A DNA stretch of 36,790 nucleotides from Aquificales bacterium (GCA_027035985.1 JALVTI010000081.1:1-36790), one strand, 5' to 3'. Counted from the first letter of the stretch, positions 9,029 to 19,088 are shown. Notes: generated from the sequence alone by a model not told the origin. A program made the numbers and translations.

Positions 9029-9541
9029 TTTTTCGTAATAAATTTTTAGCCTCCAGCCGAACCAGAGTGCAAATACTCCGTCCACCAATAGGCTAATGCC
9101 TATTAAAAGTCCTATCAGTTGAGCCAAAATTTTGGGTTGACCCATAAAGTAAAGCAAAATTCCCGCCAAAATAAGGTCTACTATTCCGTTTAACAGCATT
9201 AAAAACCAACTTGTGAGACGGCTTTTATACTCTATAGCCAGGTAAAGGTTTGCAAAGGCATCTATTAACAGGTATAGGAGTAAAAAAGCGGCTATAACTA
9301 TCAGACTTTGTTCGGGAAAGAATATCAAGAGCAAACCCGTTAAGGTTAATATAAAGGGTTTTAGCCAACCTCCCGCACCTCGGTGGCGACTGTTGAGATT
9401 GTAAAATGCCCACATCAAGCCGGCTGTAAGCATTAAAGCTCCGAAAAATACAACCGACCCGAGAGCAAAATAGTAAGGTGCAACAATTCCTAAAATCCCT
9501 AAGAGGATTAGAATTAATCCCCAAACCAGTAGTAGGTTCAT
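9011..9541 (-). CDS. HdeD / DUF308 family membrane protein
   Basis: Six hydrophobic segments with G-x-x-x-I-x-x-G pattern; LLIGISLLVDG-type C-terminal helix. Confidence 0.85.
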   Translation of the reverse strand: MNLLLVWGLILILLGILGIVAPYYFALGSVVFFGALMLTAGLMWAFYNLNSRHRGAGGWLKPFILTLTGLLLIFFPEQSLIVIAAFLLLYLLIDAFANLYLAIEYKSRLTSWFLMLLNGIVDLILAGILLYFMGQPKILAQLIGLLIGISLLVDGVFALWFGWRLKIYYEKYKRIL

Positions 9542-9588
9542 AAGTAATGAAATAAAAAACCAAAAAAGGTATTTGTCAAATTTTGAAA

Positions 9589-9912
9589 TTAAGCCATCAT
9601 CTGTTCGATGGGGTGGGTTATTTTGAGTCTTTCAACCGGCTCGCCGCCGAGGATGTGTTTTTCTATAATTTCTTCAACATCTTCCGGTTTGACGTTTCCA
9701 TACCATACCCCGTCGGGGTAAACGACTACAACGGGTCCCATTTCGCACGCACCGAGACATCCGGTTACCGATACGAGGACGTTCTGCAATCCCCTTTTCA
9801 TAACCTCTTCCTGAAATTTCATAGCGATTTGGTCGGAACCTTTTGCACCGCAAGAGGGCATCATGGGATTGGGTTTTCTAGCCATACAGACTAAGACATG
9901 CTTGAACTTCAT
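9589..9912 (-). CDS. Thioredoxin-like [2Fe-2S] ferredoxin
   Basis: HVLVC...SC...TGCLGACEMGPVVVVYPDGVWY; like Aquifex Fdx4. Confidence 0.93.
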   Translation of the reverse strand: MKFKHVLVCMARKPNPMMPSCGAKGSDQIAMKFQEEVMKRGLQNVLVSVTGCLGACEMGPVVVVYPDGVWYGNVKPEDVEEIIEKHILGGEPVERLKITHPIEQMMA

Positions 9913-9979
9913 AAGGTCTTAATAAAGCAGAAAAACCTAAAGGGTTTAAAGGGTTTTTATGTCAAGTTTTCGTTTGTTT

Positions 9980-10651
9980 TCAAATTTTTAATATCCACTT
10001 ATGGGGAAAAGTTAAATTCTTTTTCTGTCGGCGAGCCCACTTTCGGAGTATCTCCTTTATTTCTTCCAAAGAGAGTTGGGGTTTGTCGTAAAGACCTTTA
10101 AGGGAACGCTGGCGTTCCGCCTCGTAGAGGATGACGGCTGTTGCAACCGAAACGTTTAAACTCTGCGCCATTCCATACATGGGTATAACGACGTTGTAAT
10201 CGGCTACCGATGCGACCTCTTCGCTCACCCCTTCGAGTTCATTCCCGACTACCACCACGGTGGGTTTTGTGTAATCGACTTCCCTAAAGTGGACGGAATT
10301 TCCCACCAATCTGGTAGCCACTACTTGGAACCCTTTTTCCTTTAGACCTTTTAGGGTTTCGACCGCATTTTCCACCTTGTGGAGGAAAACCCATTTATGG
10401 GAACCCATCGTTATGTGTTCGTTGTAAATCTTTGTTTTGTTCCCGTCGTAGGTGTAGTAAATGTTTAATACCCCAACGGCGTCGCAGGTTCTTATAATTG
10501 CCGAAAAGTTGTGTTCGTTTTTGACATTTTCCGAAAAGAGGATTAAGTCCTTTTGCCTCCTTAGGAGTATCTCCACCAATTTCCTAAGCCTCTGAAGTTC
10601 TACGAGGTAGTTTTCCCCCTCGAGGGCTTTTAAAACCTCTTCCACATTCAT
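9980..10651 (-). CDS. trmH: tRNA (guanosine-18 2'-O)-methyltransferase TrmH (SPOUT)
   Basis: HNFSAIIRTCDAVG, VGNELEGVS, IPMYGMAQSLNVSVA. Confidence 0.94.
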   Translation of the reverse strand: MNVEEVLKALEGENYLVELQRLRKLVEILLRRQKDLILFSENVKNEHNFSAIIRTCDAVGVLNIYYTYDGNKTKIYNEHITMGSHKWVFLHKVENAVETLKGLKEKGFQVVATRLVGNSVHFREVDYTKPTVVVVGNELEGVSEEVASVADYNVVIPMYGMAQSLNVSVATAVILYEAERQRSLKGLYDKPQLSLEEIKEILRKWARRQKKNLTFPHKWILKI

Positions 10652-10868
10652 AGGTATCTAAATTTTGTTTAACCTTACGGCGGTCGACATTTGAACGGTA
10701 TTTCCCTCTTATGGAAAGTCAAGCATATCTTCCATTCCTGCAAAAGTTTTGAATTTTTCCAACACTTTTAAAGTGAAAGGTGAAATTTTATGAACTTTAT
10801 AAGGAAAAGTGTTTGCTCGGACTTTCATAGGTTTTAGGGGTTTAGGAAACAAAATTAGGTGAAATTTT

Positions 10869-11684
10869 GTGTTAATCCCTTATAGGGACATAACAACTGC
10901 AAACCCCTATTTTAAGACTTATCTACGAAAGGGAGTTTCAATCCCTTATAGAGACATAACAACGCAAATTCAGACCTGCCTTTCATCACTTGGATTATGT
11001 TTCAATCCCTTATAGGGACATAAAAACACTTTTGCCCGTTTTGACTGCGGGATACCTTCAAGGGGTTTCAATCCCTTATAGGGACATAAAAACGGAATTA
11101 TCACAATTTTTGAAAAAGGTAAGGAAGATTTGTTTCAATCCCTTATAGGGACATAAAAACTCAAATAAATTCTCGGGCGTGGAAAAGATTGTTGATGTTT
11201 CAATCCCTTATAGGGACATAAAAACTATTTTTCAAGACAAAAAATAGAAGAAGTATAATGGGTTTCAATCCCTTATAGGGACATAAAAACGCGACAACAG
11301 ATATATGAACAACTGAAACAACAGTTGTTTCAATCCCTTATAGGGACATAAAAACCCTTATCTATAGCCTCACTTAGATGGTTTAAAATTAGCGAGTTTC
11401 AATCCCTTATAGGGACATAAAAACAATTTGAGGCAGGAGTTGAGGGAATGGAGGAATAAGTTTCAATCCCTTATAGGGACATAAAAACATTGGAATATGT
11501 TTTTCCAGAAGTTAAAGGCACATAAGTTTCAATCCCTTATAGGGACATAAAAACGCTTAAAACTCGGTATATGTTCCAATACAAATTTTGGTTTCAATCC
11601 CTTATAGGGACATAAAAACATTTTTCCGAAAGTTATACCTACGACTACATAACTTGTTTCAATCCCTTATAGGGACATAAAAAC
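10869..11684 (-). CRISPR. CRISPR array 1: 13 repeats (GTTTTTATGTCCCTATAAGGGATTGAAAC, 29 bp), 12 spacers of 35-40 bp
   Basis: Repeats start on + at 10869, 10935, 10999, 11065, 11132, 11197, 11262, 11327, 11396, 11460, 11526, 11591, 11656; degenerate copies at the left (trailer) end; ATTGAAAC 3' handle on the minus strand. Confidence 0.98.
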
Positions 11685-11935
11685 AAAGGTGAGCCCAACC
11701 TTATTAAGTTGTCAAGGAACCTAACCACTACTTGGGTTTAAAGAATATCAAACCAACCTTAAAAGGTCAAGCAAAAGTTGAACTTTTTGGTCAACCCTAA
11801 GTGGACATTAATTCCTTGGGGTGTGCCATTTTGTTGGAACTCTAAGCCAAAACGCAATCCTGCAAAGTATTTTTGTCAAGTTTCAATCCATTATTTGACA
11901 TAAAATCTTGAGTCTGACCTTGTAAAGGTTAATAA
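11685..11935 (-). promoter_or_regulatory. CRISPR leader 1 with sigma70-type promoter
   Basis: Homologous to 27303-27553; minus-strand TTGACC (11770-11765), 17 bp, TGn-TATTCT (11747-11742). Confidence 0.85.
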
Positions 11936-11998
11936 AATTTGCTTACTTCCATAGGTTGGGAAATTATTCCAAACCCGAAGGAGTAGAAGAAGAAAGAT

Positions 11999-13321
11999 TT
12001 ACCCCTCGGGGAGTTTGGAGAGGAAGTTTACGCTCTCTATGTGTGCCGTCTGGGGGAAGAGGTCTATAACGTAGGCTTTGTCGTATCTGTAAATCCCCCA
12101 CGAAAGGATTTTCCCCAAATCCCGCGCGAGGGTGGAGGGGTTGCAGGAGACGTAGACTATTCGGTCGGGCTGGAGTTCTTTAAGCACCTCTAGGTCTCGC
12201 CTGTCGAGCCCCGAGCGCGGGGGGTCGAATAGGACGGTATCTATCTCCTTGTCGAGGTGGCGTTTCATGTGCTGGGAGGGGGTAGCCCTCAAAAAGAGGG
12301 TGTTGGGTCTGCCGTTTATCTTCGCGTTGTAGTTGGCGTCGGCAATGGCGTAGTGGTTCATATCGCTCCCCTCCACAAAGAAGGCGTGTTCCGAAAAGGG
12401 TATGGTGAAAAACCCTATCCCGCAAAAGGTGTCGAGGCAGTATCCCCTCCGCTCCCCGGGAAGGATTGTTTCTATAAACCTGTCCCAAAGGAGGTAGTTG
12501 TTTTGAACGAAACTTTCGGCGGTAACCCTGTAGGTGAACCCCTTTGCGGAGATAAAGGTGTAATCCCTACCCACAAACTCCTGGCGGATTAGTTCCCTTC
12601 CGATCCTCTTGTAGGAACCCACTCCCACCACCCAGGGGGGGAGAAAGCCGTTTTTCACCCTGTGGAGGTCTTGTTTCGTTAACCTATCCTCCGCAATGAG
12701 TTTTATAAGAGCCTCGTCCCTGTTTGGGGAGTAGGTTATATGCACCTCTCGGAGGTTTCTGTATTCGACCGAAACCCTCTTTAGGTCGGGAATGAGTTCG
12801 TTTATCCTCGGGTGGAGAACGGGACAGGTCTCTATGTCGACGATATCGCCGTAACCCTTTATCTCCCTTAGGGTCTCGTCCTCGACAAAGCCGAGTTTGC
12901 CGCTGTCGACATGAAACTGCGCCCTTATCCTATACCCGTAGGGTTGGGGTGAGGGTATAGCCTCCACCGGTGGGAGTTCCTTAACCTTTCCCACCCTTTG
13001 GAGTTGCTCCTTAAATATCTCCACCTTTTGGCGGACCTGCTCCTCATAACTTATGTGCTGGAGCTGACAGCCTCCGCAAACCCCGTAGTGGGGGCACACC
13101 GGTTCCACGCGGGAGTTTGAGGGGATTATCACCTTTAGGAGTCTTCCCTCTCCGTAATCCTTCTTTTCCTTTATGACCTCTATTTCAACCAGCTCATTGG
13201 GGGCGGTGTATTTGACGAAATAGACCTTGTTCTCGTGCCTGCCCAACCCATTACCGCCGCTTACCAGTTTGTCTATCTTCAGTTGCAAAACCTTCTTTTG
13301 GTCGTTCTTTTTCTCCTCCAT
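11999..13321 (-). CDS. rlmD: 23S rRNA m5U methyltransferase, RlmD/TrmA family (TRAM domain plus Fe-S cluster)
   Basis: CPHYGVCGGCQLQH, SFVQNN, FDPPRSG, YVSCNPSTLARD, DLFPQTAHIE; start at MEEKK. Confidence 0.9.
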   Translation of the reverse strand: MEEKKNDQKKVLQLKIDKLVSGGNGLGRHENKVYFVKYTAPNELVEIEVIKEKKDYGEGRLLKVIIPSNSRVEPVCPHYGVCGGCQLQHISYEEQVRQKVEIFKEQLQRVGKVKELPPVEAIPSPQPYGYRIRAQFHVDSGKLGFVEDETLREIKGYGDIVDIETCPVLHPRINELIPDLKRVSVEYRNLREVHITYSPNRDEALIKLIAEDRLTKQDLHRVKNGFLPPWVVGVGSYKRIGRELIRQEFVGRDYTFISAKGFTYRVTAESFVQNNYLLWDRFIETILPGERRGYCLDTFCGIGFFTIPFSEHAFFVEGSDMNHYAIADANYNAKINGRPNTLFLRATPSQHMKRHLDKEIDTVLFDPPRSGLDRRDLEVLKELQPDRIVYVSCNPSTLARDLGKILSWGIYRYDKAYVIDLFPQTAHIESVNFLSKLPEG

Positions 13322-13386
13322 TGCAAGGGAAATTAATCTTAAGGTTCCAACCTTTGGAGGGTTTAGAACAAATTGGGGTGGCAATT

Positions 13387-13935
13387 ATGGGGTTCCTACT
13401 GAAGGAAAAACACCTTCTGAGGTATACGGTTAAGGATTACGAACGGTGGCAGGGTGATTGGGAGCTTATAGAGGGCATTCCTTACGCCCTGGCGAGTCCG
13501 AGTTTTAAACACCAACGGCTGGTGTTAATATTGGCTATGTTTTTGGAATTGCAGTTGGAGAGTGATGAGGCTTGTAAGGACTGCAAGGTGGTTATAGATA
13601 CCGACTACGTCGTAAACGAATACACCGTTTTGCGTCCCGATATAGCGGTTGTATGTGACCACAAAGGGGACAAAATAACCAAACCTCCGAAGGTTGTGGT
13701 TGAGGTTATATCCCCTTCCACCAAAAAGGTCGACGAGGAGATAAAACCCCTTATCTACGCCCAAGAGGGGGTTAAATATCTGCTCCCAGTATACCCCGAA
13801 AGGGAGAAAATGGTTTGTCTCGTCCTAAAGGGGGAAAGGTACGAAAGTGTCCCCTGTGGGGAGGAAATAGAAATTTCCCCAAAGGGGGATTGCAGGTTGA
13901 GGTTATCCGCCAAAGGGGTGTGGAATAGGGTTTGA
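13387..13935 (+). CDS. Uma2 / DUF820 family endonuclease-like protein
   Basis: YTVKDY..W.GDWELIEG, SPS.KHQ, RPDIAVVCD, VVEVISPST. Confidence 0.92.
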   Translation: MGFLLKEKHLLRYTVKDYERWQGDWELIEGIPYALASPSFKHQRLVLILAMFLELQLESDEACKDCKVVIDTDYVVNEYTVLRPDIAVVCDHKGDKITKPPKVVVEVISPSTKKVDEEIKPLIYAQEGVKYLLPVYPEREKMVCLVLKGERYESVPCGEEIEISPKGDCRLRLSAKGVWNRV

Positions 13936-13948
13936 TAATAACCTCAAA

Positions 13949-14878
13949 ATGGTTCTTAAACTGGATTTTCCACGCCCGAAGTGGTTGCAAAGGTTTCTTT
14001 TCAAAAAAGGGGAAAAGGTAAGGATTAATTTCGGTGGGAAGGTTTATATAGGGTTCACCATATTGGTCGGTCTCGCCGCCGTTAATACGGGAAATAACAT
14101 CCTCTACATACTCCTCTCCTTTCTTCTCGCCCTTATGGGGGTTTCCGGTTTCTTCTCCAGATACAACCTCAAAAAGGTTAAGGTTCGCCTCATTCCTCCC
14201 AATGAAGTTTGGTGTTGTAAATCCACTCCCTTTAAGGTGGTTGTTGAAAACCGAAAGGTATTTCCCGCCTTTTTGATAGAGGTTTTCGAAAGAAATATAG
14301 ACCTAAAAAGGGATTTTCTGATGGTCGAGAAATCCGCCGAAGGGGAGGTGAAGTTAAATTTTCCCAATAGGGGGGTGTATAAATCTAAAGCCCTCGAGGT
14401 GAGGAGCACCTTCCCCTTTGGACTTTTTGAGAGGAGTTTTTCAGTTCCCCTCGAGGAGGAAATTCTCGTCTATCCCAAACCCATAGAGGTGAAGGTCAAA
14501 CCTCCTCTTTCAAAACCTCGAAGGGAAAAGGGAGAAAGTTTTCTCCACTTTAGGAGGAGCGGAGAGGGTGCCGTCGAGGGGATAAAGGAATACGCCGGCG
14601 AGGGTATGAGGCTCATCCACTGGAAGGCTTTCGCTAAATGGGGAGAGCTCTATGCCAAAGAAGTTGCCGAGGAAAGCTTCCTACGGGAGGTAATTATCGA
14701 TATGGATAAAATCCCCGCTTCGGATAAGGAGGAGCGCATATCGAAGGCTACCTATCTGGTCTTACACTTTTCCCGCCTCGGCTACGCCGTCGGTTTGAAA
14801 TACGGGGAAAAGGAAATCCCGCCTTCGGCGGGGAGGGAACATTTAAGGGAACTTTTGAAATTTTTAGCTTTACTTTAA
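13949..14878 (+). CDS. DUF58 domain membrane protein
   Basis: N-terminal TM pair AAVNTGNNILY, STFPFGLF, LVYPKP, IHWKAFAK. Confidence 0.9.
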   Translation: MVLKLDFPRPKWLQRFLFKKGEKVRINFGGKVYIGFTILVGLAAVNTGNNILYILLSFLLALMGVSGFFSRYNLKKVKVRLIPPNEVWCCKSTPFKVVVENRKVFPAFLIEVFERNIDLKRDFLMVEKSAEGEVKLNFPNRGVYKSKALEVRSTFPFGLFERSFSVPLEEEILVYPKPIEVKVKPPLSKPRREKGESFLHFRRSGEGAVEGIKEYAGEGMRLIHWKAFAKWGELYAKEVAEESFLREVIIDMDKIPASDKEERISKATYLVLHFSRLGYAVGLKYGEKEIPPSAGREHLRELLKFLALL

Positions 14879-14885
14879 GCTTTTT

Positions 14886-15488
14886 ATGCGCCTCTTTCTC
14901 CTGCGCCACGCCCAGTCGGAGGGCAACAGACGGGGGATTTTTCAGGGGAAGTTAGACCTCCCCCTATCGGAGGAGGGGATAAAACAAGCCCAAAAGGCGG
15001 GCGAGTTTTTAAAGAGATTTTCCTTCGACGGGATAATAACCTCCCCCCAACTGAGGGCAAAGCAGACCGCCGAGATTGTCGCCGATATTTTAAACCTACC
15101 CCTCGAGGTGGACGAAAGGCTTAGGGAAATCTCCTACGGGGTCTTGGAGGGAAAGAGACACTCGGAGGTGGAAAATTGGGAACCCTACCAAAGGTGGTTG
15201 GAAGACCCCGTTAAGAACCCCCTCGAGGGTGTGGACGACTTTGGCGACCTTCAAAGGAGGCTTGAGAGCTTTTTAAGAGACCGTTACAGGGAGGAAAGGA
15301 GTATTCTCGCCGTCACCCACGGGGGGATAGTTAGGGCTTTTATATGCCTTGTAGGGGGTTTGGGATTTAGCCGCATGTGGAGGTTTTCGGTTGGAAATGT
15401 CTCCCTCTCAATGGTGGAGGTGAAAGAAATAGAACCCCCGAGGGGAAAGATAAAGTTTGTAAACCTCCCGACGGTCGAACTCCTTTAA
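14886..15488 (+). CDS. Histidine phosphatase family protein (dPGM-like; possibly PspA-type phosphoserine phosphatase)
   Basis: LLRHAQS, SPQLRAKQTA, LREISYG, VTHGG. Confidence 0.88.
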   Translation: MRLFLLRHAQSEGNRRGIFQGKLDLPLSEEGIKQAQKAGEFLKRFSFDGIITSPQLRAKQTAEIVADILNLPLEVDERLREISYGVLEGKRHSEVENWEPYQRWLEDPVKNPLEGVDDFGDLQRRLESFLRDRYREERSILAVTHGGIVRAFICLVGGLGFSRMWRFSVGNVSLSMVEVKEIEPPRGKIKFVNLPTVELL

Positions 15489-16516
15489 ACTATCGAGGGG
15501 ACTAGGTGTTTCAGTCCCTCCCCTTCGTCGTATCCGAGCATTAGGTTCGCGTTTTGGAGCGCCTGACCGCTGGCACCCTTTAGGAGGTTGTCTATCGCGC
15601 ATACAACGACGGCGGTTTCCGTTCTTTCGTCGTAGGCGGGGTAGACAAAGGCGAAGTTGGTGTTTGCCACCTCCTTACTCTTGGGCGGTTGGTCTACAAC
15701 CCTAACGAAGAATTCGTCCTTATAAACCTCCCTATAGAGGGAGGCGATATCGAATTTTTTAGACCTAACATAGACGGTCGATATCATTCCCCTATCTATC
15801 GGCACAACGGTGGGGGTAAAGCGGACTTTCCACCCCTTTGGGGAAACCCTGTTTGCAACGAATTCCATTTCCGGTATATGTCTGTGTCCCACAACCTTGT
15901 AGGGGAACATGTTGTTTGCCATTTCCGGGAAGTGGAAGTGCTGTTTTAGACCCCTACCCGCTCCGCTCACGCCCGACAGGGCGTGGACTACAATTACATC
16001 GTCCAAAATGAGGTCGGAAGCCTCCCTTAGAAGGGGATAGAGCGCCAGAAGTGTGGCGGTCGGATAGCAACCGGGGTTTGCCACCAGCCTGGCTTTTTTT
16101 ACCTCTTCCCTAAAGAGTTCGGGAAGTCCGTAAACCGCCTCCTCCAGTAGGTCGGGGTATTTGTGTTCAAACCCGTAAAAGGTCTTAAAGTCCTCCAAGT
16201 TTTTGAACCTGTAAGCCCCCGAGAGGTCTACGACTTTGTAACCCTTCTCCAAAAGGCGGGGTGCAATTTCCATAGACACCTCGTGGGGGAGAGCCAAAAA
16301 TAAGAGTTCCACATCGGGTGGGATATTTTCGTAGTCCTCAAATTGGAGTTTTCCGACCTCAAAGGGCTCCAAAAAGGGGAACACTTCGGAAACCCTTTTC
16401 CCCTTGTGGGTGTTGGAACCGAGGTAGGCGATTTCCATTTTGGGGTGGTTTACGAGGAGCTTTACGAGTTCCAAACCGGTGTAGCCGGTCGCTCCCAATA
16501 TGCCGACCTTACCCAT
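15485..16516 (-). CDS. argC: N-acetyl-gamma-glutamyl-phosphate reductase
   Basis: GATGYTG, VANPGCYPT, SGVSGAGR, DNLLKGASGQA; start MGKVG at 16516. Confidence 0.98.
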   Translation of the reverse strand: MGKVGILGATGYTGLELVKLLVNHPKMEIAYLGSNTHKGKRVSEVFPFLEPFEVGKLQFEDYENIPPDVELLFLALPHEVSMEIAPRLLEKGYKVVDLSGAYRFKNLEDFKTFYGFEHKYPDLLEEAVYGLPELFREEVKKARLVANPGCYPTATLLALYPLLREASDLILDDVIVVHALSGVSGAGRGLKQHFHFPEMANNMFPYKVVGHRHIPEMEFVANRVSPKGWKVRFTPTVVPIDRGMISTVYVRSKKFDIASLYREVYKDEFFVRVVDQPPKSKEVANTNFAFVYPAYDERTETAVVVCAIDNLLKGASGQALQNANLMLGYDEGEGLKHLVPSIV

Positions 16517-16550
16517 CAAAGGTTCAATTTTCCTTTTAATAGACCTATTG

Positions 16551-17072
16551 ATGGCGAAGATTATTAAGTTCAACCCCCGCGGGGAGGAACCGGAGAAGAG
16601 ACCCAAAAGGGGTGGGGAAGAAAAGGAAAAACCCAAAGGGGAAAAGACTATAAAAGTCCCCGCAAAGGGTGAAAAAAGGGAGAGTCCCCTTAAGGGGACT
16701 TTGGAAAATGCGAAACCCCTCACGCAGGAGGATTTCGACAAACTCTTCGAAGCCCTAAGGGAGGGTTTGAAAAGGCTCTACCCCTCGCAGGTGGAGGACG
16801 TTCTCGGCTTTACCGGTTTGGGCGAAAAGAACGGAAACAGAGCCTTTGCGGTGGGTCTTGTAATTTGGAAACGCTACGGGGTCGAGCACCCCTACACCTC
16901 CACGGCTGTTTTGCTCTTTGAAAACAACGAACTCAAAAAGGTTTCCTTCTTGGAGGCTAAAAACAACTATTGGGATTGGAGAACGATGATAAAACTCCAC
17001 AAGGGGGAATTTCACACGGAGGAGATATTCAACCGCTTTATGGAGCTGGTTAGGGGTCAGTTTAGGGTTTGA
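16551..17072 (+). CDS. Hypothetical protein with charged, low-complexity N-terminus
   Basis: 173-aa ORF with genome-typical codon usage, divergent from argC. Confidence 0.75.
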   Translation: MAKIIKFNPRGEEPEKRPKRGGEEKEKPKGEKTIKVPAKGEKRESPLKGTLENAKPLTQEDFDKLFEALREGLKRLYPSQVEDVLGFTGLGEKNGNRAFAVGLVIWKRYGVEHPYTSTAVLLFENNELKKVSFLEAKNNYWDWRTMIKLHKGEFHTEEIFNRFMELVRGQFRV

Positions 17073-17252
17073 TTAATCCTCATCCTCCAAGGGGAACTTT
17101 TCCACCCTTCCCCTCTCGAGGTCTTCGAGGGATTTTTCCAATTGGGGTGGAATTCTTTTTAATTCGTGCCTCTTTGAGGTTAGAAAGTTGTCTTTCATCT
17201 TTAGGAGGCTACTCCCTTTTTCTCCCTCAATCGCCTTTGTGAATTTTCCCAT
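17073..17252 (-). CDS. Small 59-aa protein, antitoxin-like C-terminus (not in the ORF track)
   Basis: Manual translation MGKFTKAIEGEKGSSLLKMKDNFLTSKRHELKRIPPQLEKSLEDLERGRVEKFPLEDED; fills the gap between two genes. Confidence 0.55.
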   Translation of the reverse strand: MGKFTKAIEGEKGSSLLKMKDNFLTSKRHELKRIPPQLEKSLEDLERGRVEKFPLEDED

Positions 17253-17322
17253 AAAAGGATTAATTGAACGAAAGAAAGAAACCCCTCAATAAACCCCTTT
17301 AAGAATCCTTCCAAAGGGTTTT

Positions 17323-18168
17323 TCAAACCTCCGCCCCCTCGAGGGTATTTTCACACTCGCAATTCCACACTTTGGTGCCGTAAATCTTCTCTACCGCCGA
17401 GAGGAGTATATCCTTAATTTCCTCCTCCTTTTGTTTCATCATTTCGATAACCTCCTCCGAGGTAAGGCGGTAGCCGGCTATTCCCGCGGCGGGATTGGTT
17501 ACAACGCAAAGACCCGCATAGTGGAGTTCAAGTTCCCTCGCGAGAACCACCTCGGGAACCATGGTCATACCCACCACGTCGCCCCCGAGGAGGGAAAAAG
17601 CCCTTATCTCCGCCGCGGTTTCCAAACGGGGACCTTCGGTGGCTACATAGGTTCCCCTATCGAAAAATCTAACCCCCTTTTTGGTCAGGACTTCTTCCAA
17701 AATCCCCCTAAGGGTGGGGCAGAAGGGTTCGCTCACGTCGATGTGGACGACCCTCTTTTCCGCCAAGAGGCGTTTGTGCTTTTCATTCCCTTCATAGGTG
17801 TAGTCGGGAGAGAAGCTACCCTCGTAGAAGGATTGGGGTCTCGACTTTGTGAAGTCCAAAAATTGGTCTACTATTACGAAGTCCCCCGGACGGAGGAGTC
17901 GGTTTATTCCGCCGACGGCGTTTATTCCGAGAACGTATTTAACGCCCAGTTCTTTAAGAGCCCACAGGTTTGCCCTGTAGGGGACGCGGTGGGGTGGGAA
18001 GGCGTGCTCCCTGCCGTGCCTCGCCAAAAAGAGAACGGGAAAGCCCCCGTATTCCGCCCTAACTATTGGGGAAGAGGGTTCCCCGAAGGGGGTTTTTATC
18101 TCTATCTCTTCTAAAACCTTTAGTCCATCAACGCGGTAAAGTCCGCTTCCGCCTATGACCGCCAGCAT
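17323..18168 (-). CDS. mtnP: S-methyl-5'-thioadenosine/thioinosine phosphorylase
   Basis: [41 protein letters not shown]. Confidence 0.93.
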   Translation of the reverse strand: MLAVIGGSGLYRVDGLKVLEEIEIKTPFGEPSSPIVRAEYGGFPVLFLARHGREHAFPPHRVPYRANLWALKELGVKYVLGINAVGGINRLLRPGDFVIVDQFLDFTKSRPQSFYEGSFSPDYTYEGNEKHKRLLAEKRVVHIDVSEPFCPTLRGILEEVLTKKGVRFFDRGTYVATEGPRLETAAEIRAFSLLGGDVVGMTMVPEVVLARELELHYAGLCVVTNPAAGIAGYRLTSEEVIEMMKQKEEEIKDILLSAVEKIYGTKVWNCECENTLEGAEV

Positions 18169-19088
18169 TAGGTTCTAATGGTAGCCAGCGCCAACTCTTT
18201 CCAACATTCGAGCCACTTAGGGTGGAGGTGGGGAATTTTGACCCTCCTAAAGGAGTGGTATCCCAAATTTTCCGCCAACTGTCGGTAGTTTAGGTCTATC
18301 TCCTGAAGGGTTTCGGTATTTTCCGAAACGAAACTTATGGGGATAACAACCAATTCTTTAACCCCATCCTTTCGGAGTTTTTTTAACGCTTCCTCCGTAG
18401 TGGGTTCGAGCCATCTAATGGGTCCCAACCTACTTTGATAGGAAACCTTATAGGGAAGTTCCAACCTTTGGGCGATAAGTTTGGCACTCTCTTCCACCTG
18501 TTTGGGGTAGGGGTCTCCGTATTTCCTAACGAGGTAGAGGGGAAGGCTATGTGCCGAAAAGAGGAGGAAGGGTTTTTCCAACCCCTTTAGGGTCTTTTCT
18601 ATCGCCTCCACCCATCCGAGGATAAAGTTTTCGCAACCGTAAAAGGGTTTTGCAAATTTGACCCTCCCCTTTAGGGGGGACTTTTCGACAACCCTTTCCA
18701 CACTCCCCCATGTGGCGACCGAGTATTGGGGAAAGAGCGGAAGGACGACGATATTCTCAAACCTCTCGGGGTCTATATCCCTAAGCACTTCCTCCAGCAA
18801 GGGGTCGGAGTAGCGCATCGCCACCTCAATCTTCCAACCTTCCAAAAGTTTCCCGAGGGCTTTAGCCTGCTCAAAGGTTTGTTTTAGAAAGGGACTTGTC
18901 CCGCCTACGGCGGAGAGTATTTCGGCGGTCTCTCCCCTGCGGAGCAGGGCTACCAAATTTCCCAAAAGCCACCTAAGGGGTGCGGGGAGGGGAAAAACGG
19001 CGGGGTCGGAAAACAACCTTTTTAAATATTCCCCCTCCTTCCCCCTTTGGGGACCTCCGTAATTTACAACCAAAAGGAGATTTTGCAT
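18168..19088 (-). CDS. hemH: Ferrochelatase
   Basis: [52 protein letters not shown]. Confidence 0.95.
   Translation of the reverse strand: MQNLLLVVNYGGPQRGKEGEYLKRLFSDPAVFPLPAPLRWLLGNLVALLRRGETAEILSAVGGTSPFLKQTFEQAKALGKLLEGWKIEVAMRYSDPLLEEVLRDIDPERFENIVVLPLFPQYSVATWGSVERVVEKSPLKGRVKFAKPFYGCENFILGWVEAIEKTLKGLEKPFLLFSAHSLPLYLVRKYGDPYPKQVEESAKLIAQRLELPYKVSYQSRLGPIRWLEPTTEEALKKLRKDGVKELVVIPISFVSENTETLQEIDLNYRQLAENLGYHSFRRVKIPHLHPKWLECWKELALATIRT

Noticed and set aside
11685-11907. Leader as three decayed repeat-spacer units (195 = 3 x 65)
   Set aside because: A decayed array would leave gaps of 36+65n (166 or 231 bp), not 195; the intervening DNA is conserved between loci, unlike spacers
13387-13935. 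Uma2 nuclease (and YraN) as possible cas-like genes near array 1
   Set aside because: Common stand-alone families; separated from the array by rlmD and not in a cas-like operon
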